A DNA stretch of 64,000 bases from Candidatus Dormiibacterota bacterium (GCA_963718525.1 OY970355.1:2944001-3008000); one strand, 5' to 3'; shown: positions 1 to 9,752, numbered from the stretch's first letter. Notes: generated by a model not told the origin, from the letters alone. Numbers and translations are program-made.

Positions 1-2
1 TT

Positions 3-233
3 CGCGGCGCGCCACTGCTCTTCGGTCATCGGGGCGCTCCGCCGTGCAATGTCAGCGCGGTCGAGGATGTGCTGTTGCGAGTCGCGCGGCTTGCGGAGCT
101 GGTCCCGCAGCTCGCCGAGATGGATCTCAATCCCGTGATCGCCTCCCCGCTCGGCGCCATGGCCGTCGACGTGCGGATCCGCCTGATGCCATGGCGCCGC
201 CACGCCGAGACGGAGGTCCGGCGCCTGCGCTGA
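3..233 (+). CDS. C-terminal fragment of acetate--CoA ligase / Pat-type acyl-CoA synthetase (ATP-grasp domain), truncated by window edge
   Basis: Frame 3 reads RGAPLLFGHRGAPPCNVSAVEDVLLRVARLAELVPQLAEMDLNPVIASPLGAMAVDVRIRL...*; the LLxGxRG...EMDLNP...AVDxRI motif is typical of ATP-grasp_5. Confidence 0.8.
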   Translation, partial: RGAPLLFGHRGAPPCNVSAVEDVLLRVARLAELVPQLAEMDLNPVIASPLGAMAVDVRIRLMPWRRHAETEVRRLR

Positions 234-410
234 TCTCAGGCAAGGGTCGAATGGCACTGTGCGGCGAGGGCACGACGGCCCTCGCCGAACGGGACTCGAA
301 CCCGGAATCTCATGGCATGTGGCTCTGTCGTCAATGCGCGACCGAGGTCGACCATGGGCATACCGGGTCAGATGGACTCGAAAAACAATAAACACCAAAG
401 GGACACGGCC

Positions 411-1004
411 ATGACAAACGGACTTCGTTGGCGGATCTTCGTTCTTCAGGTGGGACTGATCGGCATCCTCGCGTTCGTGAGCGGGTTCGCCTTCTGGGCG
501 AGCAACTTCGCGACGTCGACCGTGCACGACCAGCTGGCCGCCCAGCAGATCTACTTCCCAGCTGCCAGCTCGACGGCGATCACGTCCCTGCCCAAGGTTG
601 ACGCAACCGCCATGACTCAGTACGCGGGCCAGGAGTTGCTCACCGGACAGCAGGCTCAGGTCTACGCCAACAACTTCATCAACGTCCATCTCGGCGAGAT
701 CGCCAACGGCAAGACCTATTCTCAGCTGAGCACAGAGGCCCAGGCCGCCCCCAACGACACCAAGCTCGCCGGCGAAGTGGCGACCATCTTCAAGGGCACG
801 ACGCTTCGCAGCATGTTGCTGAATGCCTACGGTTGGTCTGAGATCGGCATGTTCGCCGGCTACGCGGCCATCGGACTTGCCATTGCAGCGGTGGTCGTCC
901 TCGGTGCCTTCTTCTTCGAGATCGTCCGCTGGCGCGAGACCGCCAATGCGGGACGGACAGTCCGCCCAGCAGCACTGCCGACGCCAACCCGGCAGCACGC
1001 GTAA
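411..1004 (+). CDS. Hypothetical membrane protein (two TM helices flanking an extracytoplasmic loop)
   Basis: ATG at 411 after AAAGGGAC; GC3-rich codons; hydrophobic N- and C-terminal segments; GKTYSQL motif. Confidence 0.75.
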   Translation: MTNGLRWRIFVLQVGLIGILAFVSGFAFWASNFATSTVHDQLAAQQIYFPAASSTAITSLPKVDATAMTQYAGQELLTGQQAQVYANNFINVHLGEIANGKTYSQLSTEAQAAPNDTKLAGEVATIFKGTTLRSMLLNAYGWSEIGMFAGYAAIGLAIAAVVVLGAFFFEIVRWRETANAGRTVRPAALPTPTRQHA

Positions 1005-1032
1005 GGGACACTCCCGGGCTTCGGTCCCTCTT

Positions 1033-1070
1033 ATGACCCACCGGCCTCCAGGCCGGTGGGTCATTCTTTA
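1033..1070 (+). terminator. Intrinsic terminator
   Basis: Perfect 15-bp inverted repeat ATGACCCACCGGCCT-CC-AGGCCGGTGGGTCAT followed by TCTTTA, between convergent genes. Confidence 0.75.
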
Positions 1071-1183
1071 TGTCGGCCGTCGCGTGGGCGCCCATCGCAT
1101 CGCTCAGGCATTCGCAGGATCGCCACCTCTAGAACGACGCGAGCTCCAAAGACCCAGGAACGCAGGTCCGCACCGTCACGATC

Positions 1184-1759
1184 TCAGCGCAGATACGCCT
1201 CGATGACCGGAGCCACACGTGACACCAGCTCCTCATTGCTCGCCGATACGACCGCGTCAGCCTTCACCACGTGGCGGAGCATCGCGATGCCGATCAGTTG
1301 CGCAGCGACAAGCGACGCGCGAAGTTGCCTGTCGGGATGATCGATGCGAGGGCTCAGGACTGAAAGCATTGCGTGATGCAGGAACTCCCTCAGCATCGTC
1401 GCCGCTCGCTCGCTGGATACGGCCGAGCGAACGAGCCCGAGCATCACGTCTCGGGTCTGCTCCTGATCAAGCATGAGCAGATATCGACGGACGATCAGCG
1501 TTGCAGCCTCCGAGGTGCTCACGGTCGTGAGGCCGTCGAACACCGAGAACGGACTCACGGTGACCTCGAGGGCAGCGATGAACAGCGCCTCCTTCGTACC
1601 GAAGTAATGGACGAGGAGAGCGGGATCGACATCAGCCTGTTTGGCGATGCTTCGCAGAGAGGTGGCGTCGTACCCACGAGCGCCGAACGACCGCCGCGCG
1701 GCAAGCAGGATGTCGTCTCGCGTCCGCGGCGCCCCCGGCCGCCGGCCCGAGCGGGTCAC
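1184..1759 (-). CDS. TetR family transcriptional regulator
   Basis: TRDDILLAARRSFGARGYDATSLRSIAKQADVDPALLVHYFGTKEALF HTH; GTG start overlaps upstream TGA. Confidence 0.9.
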   Translation of the reverse strand: MTRSGRRPGAPRTRDDILLAARRSFGARGYDATSLRSIAKQADVDPALLVHYFGTKEALFIAALEVTVSPFSVFDGLTTVSTSEAATLIVRRYLLMLDQEQTRDVMLGLVRSAVSSERAATMLREFLHHAMLSVLSPRIDHPDRQLRASLVAAQLIGIAMLRHVVKADAVVSASNEELVSRVAPVIEAYLR

Positions 1760-2619
1760 CGCACTGCTCCGCCTGAGACGATGCTGACGAACGCCTCCTC
1801 GAGGTTCGCCGGCACGGTCGCCACGTCGGCTCGGAGGTGGTTTCGCGTCAGCACCTCCTTGACGTGCTGCGGCGATGCGGGCACTCGGAGGATTTCGCCT
1901 TGCACCTGCACGATGAGGCCCTCCGCATCGAGGACTGAAAACGCCTTCTGCCAGCTGTCGCACCGTGCCTCAACCACCTGACGGTCACCAATCACCTCGG
2001 CTACCGTGCCCTCGGCGACGACACGTCCGCCCGCCATCACGACGAGCCGGTCACATTGCTCGGCCTCCTCCATGTTGTGGGTCGTCACCAGGACGCCGGT
2101 ATCGTGTTCGGCGCTGTCCCGGATGTCCTGCCACAGCCGAGCCCGGTTCAGCGCTCCAACCCCGGAGGTGGGCTCGTCGAGCACGAGCAGTTCAGGCTGG
2201 TGGGAGAACGCCATAGCAAAGGCGACTCGCCGCTGCAAACCCAATGGGAGCGTCCCGACGAGTTGGTCTCTCGCATCACTGATGCTCGGCGGGAGCGCGC
2301 GACGAGTTGCGTGAAAGGCGGACGCGGTGAACGTCCAGTTCTCCTCGACCGTCAGATCGTCGTAGAGGCCCAGAGCCTGCGGCACGTAGCCAATCCGGCG
2401 CCGCGTCCTCATCGATGGCGGCGCACCGAACAGCGCGACCTCCCCCCGCGACGGGCGCACCAGTCCGAGCAGGAGACGGATAACCGTGGTCTTGCCGGCA
2501 CCGTTGGCACCGAGGAGCCCGACGACCTCGCCGCCGCCGACCTTGAGATTCACCGAGTCCACTGCGGTGACAGGACCAAAGCGCATGGTCACGTTATGGG
2601 TTTCAGCGAGCGCAAGCAT
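1756..2619 (-). CDS. ABC transporter ATP-binding protein
   Basis: Walker A GANGAGKT, Walker B LLVLDEPT, H-loop TTH; degenerate signature LPLGLQRR. Confidence 0.9.
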   Translation of the reverse strand: MLALAETHNVTMRFGPVTAVDSVNLKVGGGEVVGLLGANGAGKTTVIRLLLGLVRPSRGEVALFGAPPSMRTRRRIGYVPQALGLYDDLTVEENWTFTASAFHATRRALPPSISDARDQLVGTLPLGLQRRVAFAMAFSHQPELLVLDEPTSGVGALNRARLWQDIRDSAEHDTGVLVTTHNMEEAEQCDRLVVMAGGRVVAEGTVAEVIGDRQVVEARCDSWQKAFSVLDAEGLIVQVQGEILRVPASPQHVKEVLTRNHLRADVATVPANLEEAFVSIVSGGAVR

Positions 2620-2623
2620 CGAT

Positions 2624-3442
2624 CTAGGTCTTCCGCTCGTGCAAGAGTGCCGCGATCATCACGGCATCCTCGAAGTCGGGCCGCAAGGACTTCGCTCCCG
2701 GTGGGAGATCCAGCGACGGGGACCAGACTCGCCAGGTTTTGCCCCAGCGCCAGGAGATCCCCTGCGGCCTTTCCCTCGACTCAACGACCCCCAATTTGCC
2801 GGGGACAGCGGCAATGATGTCGGACGGTGATCCGACCGCGATGGATCGGCCGTGTTCCAAGAGGACAACCGTTGATGCGCGTTGAGCCTCTTCGACATAG
2901 GTCGTCGCGACGACGACAGCTGCGCCCTCAGCCGCTGCTCGGGAGATGAGTCGCCATAGCTCGGCGCGGCTCAGCGGATCGACCCCCGTCGTCGGCTCAT
3001 CAAGCACCAGCATCGCCGGGCGATGCAGTAGCGCCATCCCGACCGCGAGCTTCCTCTGCATGCCACCCGAGAGCTGCCCACCGAGGCGAGCACGCGCGTC
3101 GGCCAGGCCGATCCTTTCGAGCATTTCGGTCGATCGCCTGGCCAACTCGACTCCCCGCATGCCATAGGCGGCACCGGAAAACGCCACGTTCTCGTCGACC
3201 GTGAGGTCGACATACAGACCGGCCGTGGCGGGGATGTAGCCGATCTCCTGCTTCGCAGGTCGCCGTGCTACGCCGTGGCTCAGACGGACAAGTCCAACCA
3301 GCGCTCGCAGGAGCGTGGACTTACCCGCGCCATCTCCACCGACGCAGATGCTCACCGTCGAAGGGTCGACCGGCAGGGTCAGGTGGTGGAGCACCGTTCG
3401 CGATGCGAACACAACGCTCGCGTCCTCGAGTTCCCAGGTCAT
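2624..3442 (-). CDS. ABC transporter ATP-binding protein
   Basis: GGDGAGKST, LSGGM, LVLDEPT; ATG overlaps permease TGA. Confidence 0.9.
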   Translation of the reverse strand: MTWELEDASVVFASRTVLHHLTLPVDPSTVSICVGGDGAGKSTLLRALVGLVRLSHGVARRPAKQEIGYIPATAGLYVDLTVDENVAFSGAAYGMRGVELARRSTEMLERIGLADARARLGGQLSGGMQRKLAVGMALLHRPAMLVLDEPTTGVDPLSRAELWRLISRAAAEGAAVVVATTYVEEAQRASTVVLLEHGRSIAVGSPSDIIAAVPGKLGVVESRERPQGISWRWGKTWRVWSPSLDLPPGAKSLRPDFEDAVMIAALLHERKT

Positions 3443-4524
3443 GCCGCCACCGCCTTCGACTCCGCCTCCGCCGTGCGGTCTCGCCTGGCGCTCGGCGCAA
3501 GGTCGCGTCGGAACCGAAGGACGGCCAAACCGAGGACGACGACCGCCATTCCTGCAAGAACGAGCAGGGGACCCCAGAGGGCGGACAATGGCGCGGCTTT
3601 CAGCATCACCCCGCGGCTGATGTCGATGAAGTACTTGAGCGGGAGAACGTAGGCGATCCACTGGACTCCGCTCGCCATCGACGAGACGGGGAAGATCAAG
3701 CCCGACAACAGGATCTGGGGTACGACGAACATGATGGCGAGCTGGATTGCCTGGCCCTGATTCTGCGACACGGTTGAGACCAGGACGCCCATACCCAGGG
3801 TCACGAGAAGAAACAGGAGGGCGCCGAGCGCGAAGGTGGCGACGTTGCCGACGAACGGCACTCCGAAGAGCACCATGCCGATCACAACAATCGCAACGAG
3901 ATCCAGCGCTGCCAGCAGCAGGTACGGGACGATCTTTCCGAAGATGACGTCCCACGGCCTGAATGGCATAACCGCGAGCTGCTCGATGGTCCCCGTTTGC
4001 CGTTCCCGAACGATCCCGAGGCTCGTGATCAAGGTGCCGATGAAAAGCAGGATCAGACCCGTGAGGCCGGGGATCATGATCCAGGAGGTTGTGAGGTTCG
4101 GGTTGTAGAGGATCTGGACGGCGATGGCGGGAACCGCCGCGCCATTCGTCTTGGCCGCCTGGGCCATGTGAGCGAGCGCGCCTTCCGCAGCTTCCACGGC
4201 GAAGAGTTGGGTGCCATCCATCAGCGCCGCGATCTGGGTCGGTCCGGTGACCACCCCGACCACCGCCATTCCATCCTGGAGGCGACTCGCAGCCAGTGAC
4301 CGGTCGCCGTTCGGATCGATCTCGACGACGTCAAACGGCGCGCCGAGGTGGCTTGCGACAAACTCTGCCCGCGAACCGACCACGACGGTCGTGACCTTGG
4401 CGACGTCGAACCTGGCCGCATACCCGAAGACGACGAGCAGCAGGATGGGCAGCACGATCAGCAGCGCGAGGGTCCGCCGGTCTCGTTTCAGCTGCCGGAA
4501 CTCCTTGACGATCATCGTCCACAC
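3439..4524 (-). CDS. ABC-2 type exporter permease (YbhS/YhhJ-like)
   Basis: KEFRQLKRDRRT N-terminus, YNP, VRERQTGTIEQL motif, multiple TM helices; GGAGG RBS. Confidence 0.9.
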   Translation of the reverse strand: MWTMIVKEFRQLKRDRRTLALLIVLPILLLVVFGYAARFDVAKVTTVVVGSRAEFVASHLGAPFDVVEIDPNGDRSLAASRLQDGMAVVGVVTGPTQIAALMDGTQLFAVEAAEGALAHMAQAAKTNGAAVPAIAVQILYNPNLTTSWIMIPGLTGLILLFIGTLITSLGIVRERQTGTIEQLAVMPFRPWDVIFGKIVPYLLLAALDLVAIVVIGMVLFGVPFVGNVATFALGALLFLLVTLGMGVLVSTVSQNQGQAIQLAIMFVVPQILLSGLIFPVSSMASGVQWIAYVLPLKYFIDISRGVMLKAAPLSALWGPLLVLAGMAVVVLGLAVLRFRRDLAPSARRDRTAEAESKAVAA

Positions 4525-4536
4525 GGCTCGCCTCCT

Positions 4537-4559
4537 AATTCACTGACTGTTGAAGTCTA
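4537..4559 (-). promoter_or_regulatory. Putative TetR operator overlapping extended -10 of the ABC operon
   Basis: TTCA-N8-TGAA dyad (4539-4554) next to TGTGTAGACT on the minus strand. Confidence 0.45.
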
Positions 4560-4711
4560 CACATGCAGAATTCTTAGGGTTCAGTCGTCAGTCCACGAGT
4601 TGCCACTTAGGGTCGATCGCCGGTCCATGACGTGACAAAGGACTGTGGTCGCGCGATGGCCCAGCCTGGTTTCCTTGAGCTACGGGTCAGTGCTTACCGG
4701 AGATTCGAGCC

Positions 4712-5647
4712 ATGCAAGTGATCAGCCTTGACGAGAAATTGGGGCAAGGTAGCGTCAGCCTGCAGAACATCCTGCTTGCCACCGACGGTTCCCCGGCTGC
4801 TCACCTGGCGCTCGGTGCCGCCGCCGATCTGGCCAGACGGTCAGGGGCATCACTTCACCTGGTCACGGCGTACGAATTCGCTCCATCCAGCGTGCTGGCG
4901 TATGCGCCATATATCGGTCCGAACAGCGCATGGGATTCGTGCGAAGCTGACGCCCGACGGTTGCTCGACGACGAGCGGGATCGCGTGGTGGGGCTCGGCG
5001 CGTCCGTCGGGAGCCTTCACGTCGCGCGCGAACCGGCCTTCACCGCCGTGATGGAGGTGGCGGAGATGGTCGAGGCGGATCTCGTCGTTCTCGGAAGCCG
5101 CGAGCTCAACGGCCTGAAGCGTCTGCTGGTTGGAAGCGTCTCGGAGCATGTCGTTCACTCCGTGCATCGCCCGGTGCTGATCGTGAGGGGTGGTGAAGGT
5201 TCCTGGCCACCGGCGCAGGTGATCGTCGGCTTTGATAACACGGGTGGCGCCAAATGCGCGGCGCGGTTCGCCGCCACGATCACACACCTCTACCAGGATC
5301 TCCCCATCGCATTGGTTGAAGCCGGCGCAGAGCTGTCGGTGGCCACGGATCGTTTTCTTGTTCCCGACGAGGAAGAACGAGTCGAGGCCCAGCACCTACA
5401 GGAGTACGCCAGGAGCCTGAGCACGATCGCGGGCCGCACCGTGGAGACCCTCGTCGTGGTCAGTGATCCGGCCGACGCTCTCAATGCGACCGGAAGCGGC
5501 CGACCCGGCTCGAGGCTCGTCGTCGTGGGCAGTCGCGATCTCGGCGCCGTGCGACGCTTCTTGCTCGGCAGCGTCTCGACCAAGCTCCTGCATTCAGGGC
5601 ACACAGCGCTGCTGGTTGTGCCGGAGCATTCGATCCAGGCGAATTGA
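4712..5647 (+). CDS. Universal stress protein (tandem USP domains)
   Basis: ILLATDGS ... GSRELNGLKRLLVGSVSEHVV...PVLIVR and a second GSRDLGAVRRFLLGSVS repeat. Confidence 0.92.
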   Translation: MQVISLDEKLGQGSVSLQNILLATDGSPAAHLALGAAADLARRSGASLHLVTAYEFAPSSVLAYAPYIGPNSAWDSCEADARRLLDDERDRVVGLGASVGSLHVAREPAFTAVMEVAEMVEADLVVLGSRELNGLKRLLVGSVSEHVVHSVHRPVLIVRGGEGSWPPAQVIVGFDNTGGAKCAARFAATITHLYQDLPIALVEAGAELSVATDRFLVPDEEERVEAQHLQEYARSLSTIAGRTVETLVVVSDPADALNATGSGRPGSRLVVVGSRDLGAVRRFLLGSVSTKLLHSGHTALLVVPEHSIQAN

Positions 5648-5659
5648 CCGTTGCGGCGG

Positions 5660-6364
5660 TCAGATGCCGCCGAGCTCTTTGGGCGGCCTGACGTTGCGGT
5701 CGTCGAACCGGTACGTCAGCGTTGGTTCGACGTCGATGACACCGTCGACGCCAAGGATCAGGTGGATCAGAATCTCCACGTCACTGCGCCGGTCCACCTC
5801 TCCATGGATGCGCACGGCGCCGTCGTTGACCTCGACCTCGAAGGTCGACGGATCCAGCCACATACTGCCGCGGACAATGCCTTCGACGACGTCCGAGCGA
5901 ATGTCGGCATCGGACCGCAGGTAGCTTGTGAGCACATCTGCGCGGCTGACGATGCCGACCAGCATTCCGTGATCGACGACGGGTAGACGTTTGACGCTCC
6001 GCTGACGCATCAGCCGTGCGGCGGCGGCAAGCGGCATGTCAGGGGTCACGCAGACCGCGGGCGTGGACATCAACCCCGCCGCCGTCTGGGCGCGCCCCTT
6101 GGTCCGCCGGTCGCGCGCACCACGAGTTCAGCCGCCGGGCTCAGAGACCTCGGCTTCGGTCCGCAGCAGAAGATCCGCTTCTGAGACCACGCCGACGACA
6201 CCACCCTCTGGATCCACGACCGGAAGCGCGCTGACGTTGTGATCGTTCATCAGTTGCTCGATGCTTTTGAAAGGCGTGTCGGCGGTGATGGTCACCACGT
6301 CACGGGTCATCACGTCGCCGACCTTGAGCCGGGTGGGTCGTCGAAAAGCTTCGAGCTCGGACAT
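5660..6364 (-). CDS. CBS-pair + BON domain protein, interrupted by in-frame TGA at 6128-6130 (probably TGG miscalled)
   Basis: The two ORFs are in the same frame; KVGDVMTRDVV, LPVVD, GIVSRADVL CBS motifs and C-terminal BON (VEVNDGAVRIHGEV). Confidence 0.85.
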
Positions 6365-6468
6365 AGCTGCGATTCTGGCATCCGAAGGCCGACTCCTTCC
6401 GTCTCTGGTCCAAACCGGTCGAACGGCGCAAAGATATCACTCGTACATGCTCATTCCGAGTGAATGCC

Positions 6469-7440
6469 TTAGTCGCTCGGAGCGACCCTGAGGATCACGT
6501 TTCCGATCTTTTGCCCCGTCTCCACATACCGTACCGCTTCAACTATTTCATCAAGCGTGTACGTCCTGTCGATCAGGGGTTTGTACTCCCCGGACTCGAG
6601 AAGTTGTTTGATGTACTCAATCTTCTCCTTGTCGATCTTGGGGATCGGAAAGATGACTTGTCGGGATCTAGTCATTGCAAACCAGATCGCCAATAGCGGA
6701 TTTTGGAAACCGCGACCCAACTCGGTGGAGTAGTAGGTCCCTCCCGCAGCAAGCAACTTCTTGCATGCGCCATATGAACTCTTACCCACGGCGTCGAAGA
6801 TGAAGTCGAATCTTTCTGGAATCTGACTGAAGTCTTCGGTTTCAAAGTTGATGACGCGATCCGCGCCCAGCTTCTCCACCAGCGGCACGCTGTTCGTGCC
6901 GCAAACCGCCGTGACGCTAACGCCCAAGTGTTTCAGAATCTGTACAGCCGCTGAGCCGATCGCTCCTGAAGCCCCGTAAACAAGCGCACGTTGGCCCGTT
7001 CGGATATGAACCGCACGAATCACATTGATCGCATATGTCGCCCCTTCTCCTGCAGGAGCGACCTGTTCATAACTAACACTATCGGGCATGGTCGTGATCG
7101 GGCCATCGGCGGCCTCGGTCATGTACTCGGCATGCGCTGCACCCCGCAGGTCGTCAAAACCAAAGACCCGATCTCCGACTTTGAAGTCGGTGACGTTAGC
7201 GCCAATTCCAACCACCTTGCCGGCAAATTCACTTCCCGCAACCGTGCGCTTCGGCTTGACCAGACCCGTGAAGAATCGGGATACGAAGTACTTCGCGCTT
7301 CGATATCCACAGTCGGTTCGGTTGACCGTTGTGGCATAGACCTGTATCAGAACCTCATTAGCAGCAGGTACCGGCTTCGCCACGTCGCGAATCCGCAGGA
7401 CTTCGGGTGGTCCGTATCTGGTGTAGACAACCGCCTTCAT
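6469..7440 (-). CDS. NAD(P)-dependent alcohol dehydrogenase/quinone reductase (MDR superfamily)
   Basis: MKAVVYTRYGPPEVL, GSEFAGKV, YGASGAIGSAAVQ Rossmann motif; visibly lower GC than flanks. Confidence 0.9.
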   Translation of the reverse strand: MKAVVYTRYGPPEVLRIRDVAKPVPAANEVLIQVYATTVNRTDCGYRSAKYFVSRFFTGLVKPKRTVAGSEFAGKVVGIGANVTDFKVGDRVFGFDDLRGAAHAEYMTEAADGPITTMPDSVSYEQVAPAGEGATYAINVIRAVHIRTGQRALVYGASGAIGSAAVQILKHLGVSVTAVCGTNSVPLVEKLGADRVINFETEDFSQIPERFDFIFDAVGKSSYGACKKLLAAGGTYYSTELGRGFQNPLLAIWFAMTRSRQVIFPIPKIDKEKIEYIKQLLESGEYKPLIDRTYTLDEIVEAVRYVETGQKIGNVILRVAPSD

Positions 7441-7949
7441 TTGCGGCTGAGCATGCGCTCTTTCGGGACACTCCGTCGCCCGGGTACAGGATACCCGCAT
7501 ATCCCAAGGCGGACTTCTGCTGGTTCGTTTGTCACAGCTCGTGTGGGTCAACTGCGAGCCGAGGACCTCAAGCCGCGCTGGACAGTCGTGGAGGGTTGTA
7601 TCAGCGATTGACCAGGTTGTCGATCTGGCTTGCACGAGTGGCGGACACGCCTTTCGTGAGCTTCATTTATGAATTGGACCTCCCAGCGGGGTTCGGGTCG
7701 CGTAGCTCAAACTCAGTTGGCAGCCATGCCGATTTCGTGTGAGCCGAGGCGGTCACAGGCCCGCCTCGCACGGTGGCCGGACTTCGCGTGATTTCGTGAC
7801 CTTCGCCTCTGACGAAGGCTGCAAGCTATGGCGAGACTGGGTGGAGAAACGCCAGACGCATACTTGAGGTGTTCGACATGGTTGTTCGCACGAAAGTTCG
7901 TCAATCGCTGCCGCTAGACATCGTCGCGACCCGATCATCCTCCACGCAC

Positions 7950-8145
7950 CGGCGGTTGGCACGAGTTGTTGGCGCGCTGTTCATTACCGCCACGGTTGGA
8001 ATCCTGGTGGGTCAGAGTGTGGAAGCGTCCCTGGCCACCACCCCGATCAATCTCATCAGGGTCCACTCAAACGAAACCCAACTTGCTAGCAGCTGTGTTT
8101 CAGTTGGTCGCGGCCATGGCATGCGCCGTTACGGGTGGCATAGGC
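7950..8145 (+). pseudogene. Truncated, frameshifted remnant of a DUF4386-like membrane protein
   Basis: ARVVGALFITATVGIL...HSNETQL continues after a frame change as LLAAVFQLVAAMACAV, then similarity ends. Confidence 0.45.
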
Positions 8146-8164
8146 TTCCTGGAGCCGGAAGGTC

Positions 8165-8218
8165 GTACGGCTTCCGCCGAACGTTCGGTTAACTCCGAAC
8201 GTTCGGCCATCGCCGTAC
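8165..8218. promoter_or_regulatory. Three abutting 18-bp palindromic boxes GTWCGG-N6-CCGWAC
   Basis: GTACGG-cttccg-CCGAAC (8165-82), GTTCGG-ttaact-CCGAAC (8183-8200), GTTCGG-ccatcg-CCGTAC (8201-18); ends 17 bp before the ArsR start. Confidence 0.75.
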
Positions 8219-8235
8219 GATACGACAACGAAACT

Positions 8236-8748
8236 GTGCCGGCAACGCACGACCTCGCGGAAACACCCGACCCGCGCCTCGTCGCACTCTACAGGGCCCT
8301 CGGCGACGGCACCCGCCTGCGGATCCTCCGTCGGCTCGCCGCCGGCCCGGCAACGGTCGGCCGGATCGGTGACGAGCTCGGCCTCGCCAAGTCCACCGTG
8401 CACGAGCACCTCTTCAGCCTGCGCACCGCAGGACTGGTGCGGCTGGTGGTGAACGGAGGGTTTGCCTTGGAGCCGGAGATCCCCGACCTCAACCGCATGC
8501 TCAAAGAGTTCCTCGGCCTCGAGATGCGCCGCCAGTGCGAAGGCTGCGCCAAACCGCTGCGGCCGGGCGGCGTCGCCTTCATCTGCAGCTTCGAGTGCAC
8601 GTTCTGCGACGCCTGCGCAACGCGCCACCGTCACGTCTGCCCCAACTGCGGTGGCGAGCTGGTGCGGCGCCCGCGCCGGGCGTCGAACCGGCGCGCGGCC
8701 CGCACACCGTCGATCACCACGCACCTGAGCGCGCCCGGCCGGCATTGA
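8236..8748 (+). CDS. ArsR-family HTH fused to Cys-rich DUF1272-like domain
   Basis: RALGDGTRLRILRRL...LGLAKSTVHEHLFSLRTAGLV, then LEMRRQCEGC...ICSFECTFCDAC...CPNCGGELVRRPRR. Confidence 0.85.
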   Translation: MPATHDLAETPDPRLVALYRALGDGTRLRILRRLAAGPATVGRIGDELGLAKSTVHEHLFSLRTAGLVRLVVNGGFALEPEIPDLNRMLKEFLGLEMRRQCEGCAKPLRPGGVAFICSFECTFCDACATRHRHVCPNCGGELVRRPRRASNRRAARTPSITTHLSAPGRH

Positions 8749-9752
8749 TGCATGTCCATGGACATGCCTGCCCACGGTGGCGGGTAGTGTGCGTGGCGGC
8801 CTTGCTGATGGCCGCGTGTGGTGGCCAATCTGGCGGCGCCGGAACTCCGTCCGCCACTGCACGAGCGCTGACCCTGCATGCGTCGTTCTTCGCGCTGCCG
8901 ACTGCGGGCTCGGCGCCTACCGGGCTCGTCGTCGGCCCGGATGGGGCGCTGTGGGTCACCGAGGAGAACGGCGACGGCATCGCAAGGGTCACCACCGCGG
9001 GGACGACCTCCGAGTTCGCACTACCTCGACCCGGTGCGCCGGGTCTCAGCATTGTGTCCGGACCGGACGGCGCCCTCTGGTTCACCGATCGCGGCGCCGA
9101 CGAGGTGGATCGCCTGACGCTCTCCGGCTCGTTCCGGGCGATCCACCTCCCGCGTGGCAGTTCGCCGCTGGGCATCTGCGCTGGCCCCTTGCAGTCCTTG
9201 TGGGTGACGCAGAGCAGCACGGGCGAACTGGACCGTATCGCGCTGAACGGAATGGTGACACCGGTCGCGCAGCTCGGCGCCACCGCGTCGCCCGTTGCGA
9301 TCGTGCAAGGCCATGATGGCAACCTTTGGGTGTCCGAGGCGGGCGCCATCGCCCGGGTCACCCCGCAGGGATCCATCACGGCGTACCCGCTGGCGATGCC
9401 GGGGGCCGGCACGCTGCGCATCGTCAACGGCAGCGGTGGAGACCTCTGGTTCACCGAACAGACCGCTGGTGCCGTCGGTCACATCTCGCTGAAGGGCCTG
9501 ATCACCATGCTGCCCGCACTCCTGAACCAACCGACCGGAATTGTCGAGGGTCCCGACGGCCACATGTGGGTCGCCGAGGAGGGTGCGGGCCGCATCGACC
9601 GCGTCGACGGCAGTTCGCTGACGGCCTTCACGGTTCCACAATCGGGCAGTGAGCCGGAGGACATCGTCGCCGGCCCGAGGCGGACGCTGTGGTTCACCGA
9701 CTTCCACACAGGCCTCGTCGCGACGTTCTCAGCCGACGCCCCGGCCGGGTGA
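8748..9752 (+). CDS. Vgb (virginiamycin B lyase)-like beta-propeller lipoprotein
   Basis: Lipobox LMAAC; repeated P.gi..GPDGxLWxTE units; start overlaps ArsR stop (TGATG). Confidence 0.85.
   Translation: MHVHGHACPRWRVVCVAALLMAACGGQSGGAGTPSATARALTLHASFFALPTAGSAPTGLVVGPDGALWVTEENGDGIARVTTAGTTSEFALPRPGAPGLSIVSGPDGALWFTDRGADEVDRLTLSGSFRAIHLPRGSSPLGICAGPLQSLWVTQSSTGELDRIALNGMVTPVAQLGATASPVAIVQGHDGNLWVSEAGAIARVTPQGSITAYPLAMPGAGTLRIVNGSGGDLWFTEQTAGAVGHISLKGLITMLPALLNQPTGIVEGPDGHMWVAEEGAGRIDRVDGSSLTAFTVPQSGSEPEDIVAGPRRTLWFTDFHTGLVATFSADAPAG

Noticed and set aside
284-311. tRNA-like T-arm (minus strand CGGGTTCGAGTCCCG) as tRNA remnant or att site
   Set aside because: No acceptor stem, D-arm or anticodon arm, and no match to the 3' ends of tRNA-Phe or tRNA-Val in the window
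6128-6130. In-frame TGA as selenocysteine or programmed readthrough
   Set aside because: Lies in a linker with no catalytic Cys context, and shares the GAACTC context of the other suspected errors; TGG is more parsimonious
8165-8218. Mini-CRISPR or LexA boxes
   Set aside because: Units are 18 bp with 6-bp variable cores, there are no cas genes, and GAAC/GTTC spacing is 0 or 10 rather than 4
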